Source: an uncultured Gemmataceae bacterium
Lineage (GTDB): Bacteria; Planctomycetota; Planctomycetia; Gemmatales; Gemmataceae
Reading direction: 5' to 3'
Assembly (NCBI GenBank): GCA_937922175.1
Contig: CAKZUU010000144.1
Location: forward strand, 1 to 37,493
DNA: 37,493 nt
Shown here: one piece after another, positions 16,713 through 26,121 of the stretch
How positions within the stretch are numbered: the stretch's first letter is position 1
Layout of the letters: every line of letters begins with the position of its first letter
The notes under the pieces: generated by a model
Database searches by the model: none
Told to the model about the DNA's origin: nothing
The model's input: the letters and a program-made list of their open reading frames with translations, nothing else
Position numbers and translations under genes: made by a program

Positions 16713-18293
16713 GTCGCAGCCGATTTCCGCCAGCGCCTTTCGAGCTTGCGATACGGCCTGCTCGATCGGTCCATCGTTCGTCACCAAGCGGTGCAGCGGC
16801 CGGGTCTCGGCTCCTGCGGGCTGCCAGCGCTCCGCCAGCCGCAAATAGATCGACCAGTTGGCGTCGGAGGCATCTCCTTGTCGTGCGGCAAGCCGTCGGC
16901 GCGCCGTCTCCGGAGAGACGTGACACTCGAGCCACACGAGCGGGACACAGCACCGCCGGGACAGCTCCAGGAATCGACGTCGGTATCGGTCGTCGCCAAA
17001 GGTCGCATCGACGATGACTCTCTGCCCCGCGAAGAGAAGCTGCTCGGCGCGACGTTCGCACTCAAGATAGGTGCGCTCGGTCCACTGTGCGGTGTAAATG
17101 CCTTCCTCGAATCTTGCCGATCCAACCGTCTCCGCAGCGACCGCGGCGAGTTCTTTGCGGATGACATCGGTTCGCAGGACAGTGAAGTGGGAGCGTTGCC
17201 GCAGCTCAGTGGCGAGCGTCGATTTGCCACTCCCCGGCAATCCGCTGACGAGAACCAGCACGGGCCGGCGCGATGGTTCTTCGAGTTCGCGAAGTGCTAG
17301 CAACCAATGCCTTTGGGCTTTGGTCTGTTCGTTGCGCCTTTCTCCCTCGGAGACCTCGGCCTCTCGTTGTTTGATCCCCTCGACCTTGGCGCGAACGATG
17401 GCCCGATACGCTGTATAAAACGGCAGCAGTTCGTTGCCCTGAGGATCCCCGACCTCGTTGAAATACCGTTGGGCGAATTCAGCGGCCAAATCGTCGCGGC
17501 TGTGGGCTTTCAGATCCATGACCAAAAAGGCAGCATCGGCCACGGGATCGGCGTAGCGGAACCGATCGTTGAACTCGATACAATCGACGATCACCACATC
17601 GTCCGGCGGCGCTGCATCGAACAGGTAAACGTGGTCGAGATGGAGATCGCCATGAGTGTCGCAGGGCACTCCGTGTTCTGCCCTCGCCGTGATGAGGTCG
17701 CGCCGATCCGCGAGCCATTCTTCGGTTCGGAGGCGGCAACGCTCGAAGACGTCGGGATGAACGGTCCGGCCCACGTCCGGTTGCGATTGCGCGAAGTTTT
17801 CCCGGGCGTTGCCGGCCACGACAGACCAGCTCCCGAACGAGGAGATAGCCGGGGATCGGGCAGCACTGGCATGGAAGTGGGCGAGACGGCGCGCCAACCG
17901 GTCGATTTCTTCCAAACCGGCCTCGCCTCGAATCAGCCGCGCTTGCAACGTCGCTGTGTCGGGTAGCCGACACATTTTCACTGCCCATTCAATCGCCTCG
18001 CCGCGCCCCTCGACTCGCACGCCCCCATGATCTTGCACGATCGGGACGACCCCCAGATAGACTCGTGGCGCCAAGCGCCGGTTTAATAAAACCTCTTGCT
18101 CGCAGAAGTACTGGCGCCGTTCGAGCGTGGAAAAATCGAGGAATCCGAGGTTCAGCGGTTTCTTCACCTTGTAGACAAATTCGCCGACCAGGAACACGGC
18201 CGAAATATGGGTTTGCCGAAATTCGACGGTGTCGGCCGGGATCGGATAGGCCGCGGGGCTTTTCAACGCCTCGATGAGTTCCGGCAGATCCAT
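16704..18293 (-). CDS. Bifunctional aminoglycoside-phosphotransferase-like / P-loop (AAA_33-type) kinase protein
   Basis: The ATG at 18291-18293 gives MDLPELIEALKSPAAYP...FVYKVKKP. A kinase-fold motif HGDLHLDHV is followed by a C-terminal Walker A GLPGSGKST. The longer track ORF (to 18596) would overlap the upstream gene. Confidence 0.8.
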   Translation of the reverse strand: MDLPELIEALKSPAAYPIPADTVEFRQTHISAVFLVGEFVYKVKKPLNLGFLDFSTLERRQYFCEQEVLLNRRLAPRVYLGVVPIVQDHGGVRVEGRGEAIEWAVKMCRLPDTATLQARLIRGEAGLEEIDRLARRLAHFHASAARSPAISSFGSWSVVAGNARENFAQSQPDVGRTVHPDVFERCRLRTEEWLADRRDLITARAEHGVPCDTHGDLHLDHVYLFDAAPPDDVVIVDCIEFNDRFRYADPVADAAFLVMDLKAHSRDDLAAEFAQRYFNEVGDPQGNELLPFYTAYRAIVRAKVEGIKQREAEVSEGERRNEQTKAQRHWLLALRELEEPSRRPVLVLVSGLPGSGKSTLATELRQRSHFTVLRTDVIRKELAAVAAETVGSARFEEGIYTAQWTERTYLECERRAEQLLFAGQRVIVDATFGDDRYRRRFLELSRRCCVPLVWLECHVSPETARRRLAARQGDASDANWSIYLRLAERWQPAGAETRPLHRLVTNDGPIEQAVSQARKALAEIGCDSA

Positions 18294-18340
18294 GGGCCTT
18301 ACCTCCGACACATCGAGGGTTTCGATTTCACGAGCGAGTG

Positions 18341-19726
18341 TCAACCCGCCAACTCTTTTGCCGTTCGTAGGTCGCGTACCAACAATTGGCGATAACGTTC
18401 GGCCAAGGGAGTCGGCACGCGGAGGATGCTGGCAGGATGGTAGGTGGCCAACGTTTGCGGGCAGCAAGGGCTGGGCAGAACTCGCCCCCGGGCCTCCTGT
18501 ATGCGAAAACCGTGCCCAAACACCGCTTGCGCCGCTGTCACTCCCAAACACACCAGGACACGCGGAGCGATCCTCTCCAACTCGGCGACTAACCAAGGGC
18601 GGCAGGCGACGATTTCTCCCGCGTCGGGCCGGCGATGTAACCGTCGTTTCCCCCGCAGCTCATGTTTGAAATGTTTGACCGCATTGGTCAGGTAGACTCG
18701 CTGCCGATCGATCCCTGCCTCGCTCAACGCGCCATTCAACACCTGACCGGCGGGGCCGACGAAGGGGCGTCCCGCCGAATCCTCTTCATCTCCCGGTTGT
18801 TCGCCGACCAACACGAGGGAGGCATCGATCGGACCCTCACCGAAAACAGTTTGCGTAGCCGTGCGGTACAAATCGCAGCCTTGACAACGGAGAACGGCAG
18901 CTCGGAGATCGTCCCAACTGCCGTTTTTGGGGAGAAATTCCGCTGCACTTCGGCCGCAACCTTCGGTGTGTCGAATCATCTCGGCAACTCGCCGTGGGGC
19001 TTCGTGCAGCATTTCGCCGATGATCTCCGTCTCGGGCAGCGTTCGCCAATGACGCACCGGCATTTCTCGACGCATCATGGCCAACTTGATCCGGGCGGGG
19101 TTGAACGTGGAACGGTAGTACGCCCTCCAAAGTTCCTCCAAGGCATCCCAGGCGGGGGCTTCCGACTGTGGCACTCCCGGTCCAAATTGCAACTCCCTCT
19201 GGTCCCACGTCACCGATTCGTCAGGCGTCAGGATGGTCCAGAACATCGATGAAAAGCGCCGAGCGAAAAACGGCGCGGTCAGGCGAACGACGAAGTGGTC
19301 CGGTCGATGCCATGCCACAAAATGTTCCTCGCCTTCGTGGACGACCCGACGGAATCGGACGAACGCCTTCATCTTGTGCGCGTCGCGGCTGACTTGTTTC
19401 CCCATCCGCCGCAACTCCAAAATATCGGGATCGGATTCCACTCGCAGCAGTCGTGGCTGGCCGTGCGTTACTCGCCACAGAATCCGGTACAGCAGGTTCC
19501 ATTTGTCCCCTCGCCGATGCCAAGCGGCCAACTCGGCGGCGTCGAGAAATTCTCGGTCGACGCGGAAGGCCATCTTGGTCGCGATCGAAGGCAACGGATC
19601 GTCGGCGAAAAGACCCGCGCCCGTGCGTTGATCGTGGAAGGTCACTTCCTGGGGCGAGAAATTCGCCGCGAGCAGGAGCCGTGCCTTGTCGCGCCAGTCG
19701 GCGAAGTTTTGGATGGTGACGATCAA
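18341..19726 (-). CDS. DUF4130 (probable DNA metabolism protein) fused to a UdgX-type family-4 uracil-DNA glycosylase-like domain
   Basis: C-terminal motifs are GEQPG, the KRRLH loop (18635-18649, reverse complement AAACGACGGTTACAT) and YHPASILR. The N-terminal ~270 aa resembles DUF4130. The TTG at 19724-19726 overlaps the radical-SAM TGA (TTGA) and is in frame with track ORF 18341-19870. Confidence 0.85.
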   Translation of the reverse strand: MIVTIQNFADWRDKARLLLAANFSPQEVTFHDQRTGAGLFADDPLPSIATKMAFRVDREFLDAAELAAWHRRGDKWNLLYRILWRVTHGQPRLLRVESDPDILELRRMGKQVSRDAHKMKAFVRFRRVVHEGEEHFVAWHRPDHFVVRLTAPFFARRFSSMFWTILTPDESVTWDQRELQFGPGVPQSEAPAWDALEELWRAYYRSTFNPARIKLAMMRREMPVRHWRTLPETEIIGEMLHEAPRRVAEMIRHTEGCGRSAAEFLPKNGSWDDLRAAVLRCQGCDLYRTATQTVFGEGPIDASLVLVGEQPGDEEDSAGRPFVGPAGQVLNGALSEAGIDRQRVYLTNAVKHFKHELRGKRRLHRRPDAGEIVACRPWLVAELERIAPRVLVCLGVTAAQAVFGHGFRIQEARGRVLPSPCCPQTLATYHPASILRVPTPLAERYRQLLVRDLRTAKELAG

Positions 19727-20970
19727 CGTTCGTCCTCTCCGATGAATCCATCGAATAGACTGGGGGTCGTCGGTTTTGATCGTACTCGACGCCTGAGGTC
19801 CACCCGATCGAGTTGTTGCAGTCCGGGGTTCGGGTCGTCCGTGATGACGAAGGGAGCAGCGGTTCGCCACACGACACGCAAGCGCCGCAGATCATCGGTC
19901 GTGAGACGATGATATTTGCGGATGCGCAAGATTCGATCCACATTGCGGACACCCATGCCGGGAATCCGAAGCAGCATTTCCCGAGGGGCGATGTTGACAT
20001 CCACGGGGAATTGGTCTCGGTGCAACAACGCCCAGGCCAATTTCGGATCGATGTCTAACGCTAAATTTCCGTTTGGCTCGGTCGCCAGTTCTTGGACCTC
20101 GAAGCCGTAGAAGCGAAGAAGCCAATCGGCCTGATACAGACGGTGTTCGCGCATCAGGGGCGGAGGTTGGCCCGGCAGCCGAGCATCGGCATGCGGCGTG
20201 GGGCTGTACGCCGAATAATACACTCGCCGCACTTGCTGGTCGCGATACAGAGCGGCAGCGGTCTGCAAGATGGCTCGATCAGGAGTGGGCGTCGCTCCAA
20301 TGACCATTTGCGTGCTCTGACCAGCGGGGGCGAAACGCGGCGGATGCAGACCAGCTTGCCGATCCGATCGGACTTCGGCCAGTCGTTCGCGCACTTCCGC
20401 CATCGCTCCGACAATCGTCTCGTGCTTTTTGTCGGGGGCTAATCGTTGCAGGTCCGCTTGAGTCGGCAATTCGATGTTGGCGCTCAGGCGGTCGGCCCAG
20501 AGCCCCGCTTCGTGGATCAGTTCTTCGCTCGCCCCGGGGATGAGTTTCAAGTGGATGTAACCGCCGAATCCGTATTGTTGCCGTAACGTTCGAGCGACGG
20601 CGATGAGCTGTTCCATCGTGTACTCGACGCTCTGAATGATGCCGGAGCTGAGGAACAGCCCCTCGATGTAATTCCGCTTGTAAAAGTCCAACGTCAGCCG
20701 CACGACTTCCTCGACCGTGAATCGTGCCCGGGGGATCTCGCTGGTTACCCGATTGACACAGAAATGGCAATCATAAATGCAGTAATTGGTCAGCAGGATC
20801 TTCAAGAGCGAGACGCACCGACCGTCGGGGGTATACGAATGGCAAATGCCCATGCCTTCGGTGCTGCCCAGAGTACTGCCGTCCCGCCGTCCTTTAGCTC
20901 CACTGCTGGCGCACGAGGCGTCGTACTTGGCGGCATCGGCGAGAATCGTCAACTTGATCCGCAGGTCCAT
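19723..20970 (-). CDS. Putative DNA modification/repair radical SAM protein
   Basis: CIYDCHFC (CxxxCxxC), an N-terminal Cys-rich segment and a C-terminal helix-hairpin-helix LLRIPGMGVRNVDRILRIR. Confidence 0.9.
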   Translation of the reverse strand: MDLRIKLTILADAAKYDASCASSGAKGRRDGSTLGSTEGMGICHSYTPDGRCVSLLKILLTNYCIYDCHFCVNRVTSEIPRARFTVEEVVRLTLDFYKRNYIEGLFLSSGIIQSVEYTMEQLIAVARTLRQQYGFGGYIHLKLIPGASEELIHEAGLWADRLSANIELPTQADLQRLAPDKKHETIVGAMAEVRERLAEVRSDRQAGLHPPRFAPAGQSTQMVIGATPTPDRAILQTAAALYRDQQVRRVYYSAYSPTPHADARLPGQPPPLMREHRLYQADWLLRFYGFEVQELATEPNGNLALDIDPKLAWALLHRDQFPVDVNIAPREMLLRIPGMGVRNVDRILRIRKYHRLTTDDLRRLRVVWRTAAPFVITDDPNPGLQQLDRVDLRRRVRSKPTTPSLFDGFIGEDER

Positions 20971-21135
20971 GAGATGAGACTCCCGAGGCGACGAGACCCA
21001 GAGCGAGAGCCGACATTCAAGAAGATTTCGCGGATTTTCGTCAATTCCGCACCTGCTCCGATGTCAGTCGGTCGGCTGGCCGACGACAATGACTAGGGCG
21101 AAGTTTCCCCAAGGGACAGTGGTTGAGGAAGATCC

Positions 21136-23469
21136 ATGGCCATTGATTTACGGCGGGTTGATGAATATTGGCGAGCCTCCAACTATTTGTCGGTGGGGCA
21201 AATTTATCTGTTGGACAATCCGCTCTTGCGTGAGCCACTGCGGATCGAACACATCAAGCGTCGGTTGCTCGGTCATTGGGGGACGACTCCGGGTCTCAAC
21301 TTCATGTATTGTCATCTGAATCGAGTCATCAATGAGTACGACCTGGACATGATTTTCCTCTGTGGGCCGGGGCACGGCGGACCGGCGGTCGTCGCCCAAA
21401 GTTACCTGGAGGGGACGTACACCGAGATCTACCCTCACGTGACGCGGGACCTCGAGGGGATGCGTCGGTTGTTCAAGCAGTTTTCGTTTCCGGGTGGAGT
21501 GCCGAGTCACGCCGCTCCGGAGACGCCCGGGTCGATCCACGAAGGTGGGGAACTCGGCTATGTTTTAGCCCATGCCTTTGGAGCCGCCTTCGATAGTCCC
21601 GATCTGATTGTTGCGGCGGTCGTGGGCGACGGCGAGGCCGAGACGGGACCATTGGCAGCGAGTTGGCACTCCAACAAGTTTCTCAATCCGACGCGAGACG
21701 GGGCCGTCTTGCCGATCCTGCATTTGAACGGTTACAAGATCGCCAATCCGACGATTTTGGCCCGTCTCCCCAAGGACGAATTAACGGCATTTTTCCGCGG
21801 GTGCGGTTGGGAAGCGTTTTATGTCGAAGGTGCTGATCCCGCCGAAGTTCATCCGCAAATGGCCGAACAGTTGGACCGTATCGTCCTTCGCATCCGCTCG
21901 ATTCAGCATGAAGCGCGGACGCTTGGGTATCGGGGCCGACCCCTTTGGCCGGTACTCGTCCTGCGCACTCCCAAGGGCTGGACCTGTCCCAAGGAAGTGG
22001 ACGGCAAACTCGTCGAGGGATCCTGGCGTTCGCATCAGGTGCCGTTAGCCGAGATGGCAACGCGGCCCGAACACCTCCGCTTGCTCGAAGAGTGGTTGCG
22101 GAGTTACCGACCTGACGAGTTGTTCACTTCCGAAGGTCGATTACGCCCCGACCTCGAAGCGTTGGCACCGCGAGGCGAACGGCGGATGAGCGCCAATCCT
22201 CATGCCAATGGCGGCTTACTGCTGCGGGAACTCAACCTGCCCGACTTCCGTGAATACGCTGTCAGCGTCCCCCGGCCCGGCGGCGTTGAGTGCGAAGCGA
22301 CTCGCGAGTTAGGCAAGTTCTTGCGTGATGTGCTGAAAGCCAACGACTGGAACTTTCGTGTGTTCGGTCCGGATGAGACGGCGTCCAATCGACTGTCCGC
22401 CGTCTTCGAGGCATCGGACCGTTGCTTGACCGCGGAGATTCTGCCGACCGATACCGAATTGTCGCCCGACGGCCGAGTGATGGAAGTTCTCAGCGAACAT
22501 CTGTGCCAGGGCTGGCTCGAGGGCTATCTGCTCACGGGTCGGCATGGCTTTTTCTCGTGCTACGAGGCGTTCATTCACATCGTCTCCTCGATGTTCAACC
22601 AGCATGCGAAATGGCTCGACATTACGCGGGACATCCCCTGGCGAAAACCGATCGCCTCGCTCAATTACCTGCTCACTTCGCATGTCTGGCGGCAGGACCA
22701 CAACGGCTTCAGCCACCAGGACCCGGGTTTTATCGACACGGTCGTCAATAAGAAGGCGGAAGTCATTCGTGTCTACTTCCCGCCCGATGCGAATACTCTC
22801 CTCTCGGTAGCCGATCACTGCCTGCGCAGCAAACATTACGTGAACGTCATCGTCGCCGGAAAACAACCTCAGGCGCAATGGCTGAACATGGATGAGGCGT
22901 GCCGGCATTGCGCGACGGGGATCGGCATTTGGGAGTTCGCCAGCCATCCCGGCGAACCCGACGTGGTGCTGGGCTGCTGCGGCGATGTCCCCACCCTCGA
23001 GGCTCTCGCGACGGTCGATCTGCTCCGACAGCATCTTCCCGAGTTGAAAGTGCGTCTGGTCAATGTTGTTGATCTGATGAAACTCCAGCCGCACACGGAA
23101 CACCCGCACGGCTTGACCGATCCTGAGTTCGATGCTCTCTTCACGACCGACAAGCCGATCGTGTTTGCCTTTCATGGCTACCCCTGGTTGATCCATCGCT
23201 TGACCTATCGCCGAACGAATCACCGAAACTTGCACGTTCGTGGTTTCAAGGAAGAGGGCAGCACGACGACACCTTTTGACATGACAGTCAAGAACGACAC
23301 GGACCGTTTTCGTCTGGTCATGGACGTCATCAAATGGACGCCGGGGTTAGCAGAAAAGGCAGCGTCCGTTCGCCGCTTGATGGAAGAGAAACGTGCGGAG
23401 CATCGACGCTATGTGGTGGAGAATGGCGAGGACCTGCCAGAGGTGCGGAATTGGCGTTGGCCCTCCTGA
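21136..23469 (+). CDS. xfp: Xylulose-5-P/fructose-6-P phosphoketolase
   Basis: [33 protein letters not shown] and EGGELGY; 777 aa. An in-frame TGA four codons upstream fixes the ATG, and a GAGGAAGA RBS precedes it. Confidence 0.95.
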   Translation: MAIDLRRVDEYWRASNYLSVGQIYLLDNPLLREPLRIEHIKRRLLGHWGTTPGLNFMYCHLNRVINEYDLDMIFLCGPGHGGPAVVAQSYLEGTYTEIYPHVTRDLEGMRRLFKQFSFPGGVPSHAAPETPGSIHEGGELGYVLAHAFGAAFDSPDLIVAAVVGDGEAETGPLAASWHSNKFLNPTRDGAVLPILHLNGYKIANPTILARLPKDELTAFFRGCGWEAFYVEGADPAEVHPQMAEQLDRIVLRIRSIQHEARTLGYRGRPLWPVLVLRTPKGWTCPKEVDGKLVEGSWRSHQVPLAEMATRPEHLRLLEEWLRSYRPDELFTSEGRLRPDLEALAPRGERRMSANPHANGGLLLRELNLPDFREYAVSVPRPGGVECEATRELGKFLRDVLKANDWNFRVFGPDETASNRLSAVFEASDRCLTAEILPTDTELSPDGRVMEVLSEHLCQGWLEGYLLTGRHGFFSCYEAFIHIVSSMFNQHAKWLDITRDIPWRKPIASLNYLLTSHVWRQDHNGFSHQDPGFIDTVVNKKAEVIRVYFPPDANTLLSVADHCLRSKHYVNVIVAGKQPQAQWLNMDEACRHCATGIGIWEFASHPGEPDVVLGCCGDVPTLEALATVDLLRQHLPELKVRLVNVVDLMKLQPHTEHPHGLTDPEFDALFTTDKPIVFAFHGYPWLIHRLTYRRTNHRNLHVRGFKEEGSTTTPFDMTVKNDTDRFRLVMDVIKWTPGLAEKAASVRRLMEEKRAEHRRYVVENGEDLPEVRNWRWPS

Positions 23470-23534
23470 ATCGGTGAGGCGTCGGCGGCAAAAATCCGGT
23501 TGCGTCTCGTCGTCTTTTAATCGAGGATGTTCTG

Positions 23535-24716
23535 GTGGATGTGCTTCTCGTCAACGCTGGGTCGAGCAGCCTCAAACTCAATGTGTTGAGCGAGACTGGT
23601 GAGCGGCGTCATGGCGCGTCGGCGGATTGGTCGGCTCAGCCGGCACGATACCGGGCTGATGAAGGCCATTTCGAGATCCTCAGCGATCGGTCGCCGGCCG
23701 GCATCATCCAGCGTGCCTTGGACGATTGGCGCGGCGCGGGCTGGAACGTGGAGAATCTCGGAGCGACGGCTCATCGATGGGTGCATGGCGGGCCGTTCCG
23801 CGAGAGTGTGATCCTCACGCCGGAGGTGCGTCGACGACTGGAGGAATTGCGCGATCTGGCTCCGCTCCATCATCCGCCGAGCCTCGAAGCCTTGGATGCT
23901 GTCGCCGCCGCCTTGCCGACCATTCCCCATCTCGTCGTCTTTGATACGGCCTTCCACGCGACTTTGTCGGAAGAAGCTCGAACCTATGCCATTCCGGCTC
24001 GCTGGCGAGAAGAGTTCGGTATTCGTCGGTACGGCTTTCATGGGGTGAGCTATGCCTATGCGGCGAGACGAGCTCACGAAGTGCTCGGGGCAAACGATGA
24101 TCGACGTTTAATTGTCTGTCATCTGGGGCAGGGCTGTTCGGCGGCGGCCATCATCGGCTCGAAGTGCGTGGAAACGACGATGGGCTTCACGCCGATGGAG
24201 GGGTTGGTCATGGCGACTCGGAGCGGCTCGGTGGACCCGGGCATCCTGCTGTACCTGCAACGTCAACATGGCTTGACTGCCGAGGAAATCAACGTCGCGC
24301 TCAATGATCAATCGGGGCTTTTGGGTCTGTCGGGTATCTCCGGCGACATGCGTCAAGTTCGCGCGGCGGCGGAAGCGGGAAACCCGGCGGCTCAGTTGGC
24401 GCTGCGCGTCTATGGGCGGCGGATACGATTGGCCATCGGTGCCTTGGCGGCGGCGATGAACGGGTTGGATGCTCTCGTTTTTACGGGCGGCGTCGGACAA
24501 AACGACGTTCAGACTCGGGCCGACGTTTGCGACGGCTTGCAATTCCTCGGCATCGAATTGGATGTCGCACGCAACGCCGTCTGCCGACCCGATGCCGACG
24601 TGGCTCGGGATTCCTCATCGGCACGAGTGCTGGTGATCGCGGCGCGGGAAGACGTAACGATGCTCGCGGAAGTGCGTCGGCTTTTGGGCCGCTCCTCGCA
24701 AGCAACTACGCGATGA
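23535..24716 (+). CDS. ackA: Acetate kinase
   Basis: GTG start. VNAGSSSLK, HRWVHGG, FDTAFH, RYGFHGVSY and FTGGVGQN. Confidence 0.95.
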   Translation: MDVLLVNAGSSSLKLNVLSETGERRHGASADWSAQPARYRADEGHFEILSDRSPAGIIQRALDDWRGAGWNVENLGATAHRWVHGGPFRESVILTPEVRRRLEELRDLAPLHHPPSLEALDAVAAALPTIPHLVVFDTAFHATLSEEARTYAIPARWREEFGIRRYGFHGVSYAYAARRAHEVLGANDDRRLIVCHLGQGCSAAAIIGSKCVETTMGFTPMEGLVMATRSGSVDPGILLYLQRQHGLTAEEINVALNDQSGLLGLSGISGDMRQVRAAAEAGNPAAQLALRVYGRRIRLAIGALAAAMNGLDALVFTGGVGQNDVQTRADVCDGLQFLGIELDVARNAVCRPDADVARDSSSARVLVIAAREDVTMLAEVRRLLGRSSQATTR

Positions 24717-26079
24717 TGTCGCGGAGGGGATTTCCCTTGGCGATGGGGAAGGGGCGATTCAAGGCGTCGCGAATTTCCGTGTGCGGATCAATGCCGAGCA
24801 GCTCGAAGATCGTGGCGGCGAGATCGTCGGGCGTTGCGGGGTCGCTCACCGGATACGCACCGATCTTATCCGAAGCACCGTAAACGAAACCGGCCTTGAC
24901 GCCTCCGCCGGCGAGCACAGCGGGGTAGCATTGAGGCCAATGATCGCGTCCGGCGAGCTTGTTGATTCGCGGAGTCCGACCAAATTCCCCCATCCACAGG
25001 ACCAGCGTCGTCGAGAGCAGCCCGCGCTGATCGAGATCCTCGATGAGGGTGGGTAAGGTCTGGTCGGTCAGGGGCATCAGCCAATCTTTCAAGAAAGGAT
25101 TCATGGGCTGCCCCCCGAAACCATGAGTGTCCCACCCTTGTCGGTTGCCGCCGATGAATTCCGAAAAATAAACGTTGACGAAGCGAACTCCTGCCTCGAC
25201 GAGCCGACGCGCCAAGAGACACGCCTGGCCGTAACTCGTCCGTCCGTACCGATCACGGATCGACGCTGGTTCGGCGGAGAGATCGAAGGCTTTGCGCACC
25301 TTGGGAGAGGTCAGGAATGTCAGCGCTCGCTCTTGCGCCTGATCCATGCCGCGAGCCAAAGCCGAATACTCCAGAAGCCGGGTCTGGCCGTCGATGAGTT
25401 TCATCATCTCCTGCCGCTGGTGAAGCCTCTCGAAGCTGATGTCCGCGGGAAGCGTTAGTTCCGGTAGACCGAAATTCGGCGAAAGAGGATCTTGACCGAC
25501 AAAAAGGGGGTTGTGCACTTTGCCCAAAAAGCTGGCGTGTTGTCCGGGTGTGATCGAACCGTCCCGCAACACATGGGGAAAGGCGACGAACGATGGTATC
25601 CCCGGCTCGGCCGGAGCGAACTTGTCAACCACGCTGCCATACGCGGGGAATAACTCCGGCGAATCGCGCAGACGAATATCGTCGGTCGGCGGGGCATGGC
25701 CGGTGAGACTGTAATATCCCGCCGAATTGTGGTTCTTCATCGTGTGGTTCAAGACGCGGACGATGCACAGTCGATCCATGACACTCGCCGTGCGAGGCAG
25801 GAGTTCGGTGAGGACGACTCCGGGCACGCGGGTCGGGATCGGTTTGAAGATATTCCGTACTTCCTCCGGGGCATTCGGCTTGGCATCGAAAGATTCATGC
25901 TGGGCTGGTCCACCCCACTGAAATAGGAAAATCACCGATCGGGCTTTGGCACGCGAGTTCGCTTTGGCTTTGGCAGGAAGCCGATCGGGCCAGCACCACC
26001 CCAGCAGAGAGGTCGAGCCGACTCGCAGCAACGTTCGCCGATCCAGCAACTGAGTCACGGTCCTCGGATTTCCCGTCAT
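24706..26079 (-). CDS. DUF1501 (sulfatase-fold) domain protein with a Tat-like leader
   Basis: LDRRTLLRVGS leader, GWDTHG and GEFGRTPRIN...GRDHW. Confidence 0.9.
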   Translation of the reverse strand: MTGNPRTVTQLLDRRTLLRVGSTSLLGWCWPDRLPAKAKANSRAKARSVIFLFQWGGPAQHESFDAKPNAPEEVRNIFKPIPTRVPGVVLTELLPRTASVMDRLCIVRVLNHTMKNHNSAGYYSLTGHAPPTDDIRLRDSPELFPAYGSVVDKFAPAEPGIPSFVAFPHVLRDGSITPGQHASFLGKVHNPLFVGQDPLSPNFGLPELTLPADISFERLHQRQEMMKLIDGQTRLLEYSALARGMDQAQERALTFLTSPKVRKAFDLSAEPASIRDRYGRTSYGQACLLARRLVEAGVRFVNVYFSEFIGGNRQGWDTHGFGGQPMNPFLKDWLMPLTDQTLPTLIEDLDQRGLLSTTLVLWMGEFGRTPRINKLAGRDHWPQCYPAVLAGGGVKAGFVYGASDKIGAYPVSDPATPDDLAATIFELLGIDPHTEIRDALNRPFPIAKGNPLRDIIA

Positions 26080-26121
26080 CGTTCCTCTCCGAAATTCATT
26101 TTGTCGATGACGCCCGCGGGA

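Noticed and set aside
18294-18596. The upstream 101 codons of track ORF 16704-18596
   Set aside because: They would overlap the 3' end of the UdgX-fusion gene. The sequence is low-complexity. The family-typical N-terminus starts at the ATG at 18291-18293.
19727-19870. The upstream 48 codons of track ORF 18341-19870
   Set aside because: They overlap the radical SAM gene's 3' end in another frame and are Arg/Pro/Thr-rich. A TTG overlapping the upstream stop gives a family-typical start. This is not proven, so it is also flagged in the findings.
21030-21084. Palindromes in the radical-SAM/xfp divergent region (GCGGA-N11-TCCGC at 21030-21050; GTCGGC-TG-GCCGAC at 21071-21084) as possible SOS/LexA operators
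   Set aside because: I do not know a LexA box consensus for this lineage. The repeats are short and GC-rich, so chance occurrence is plausible.
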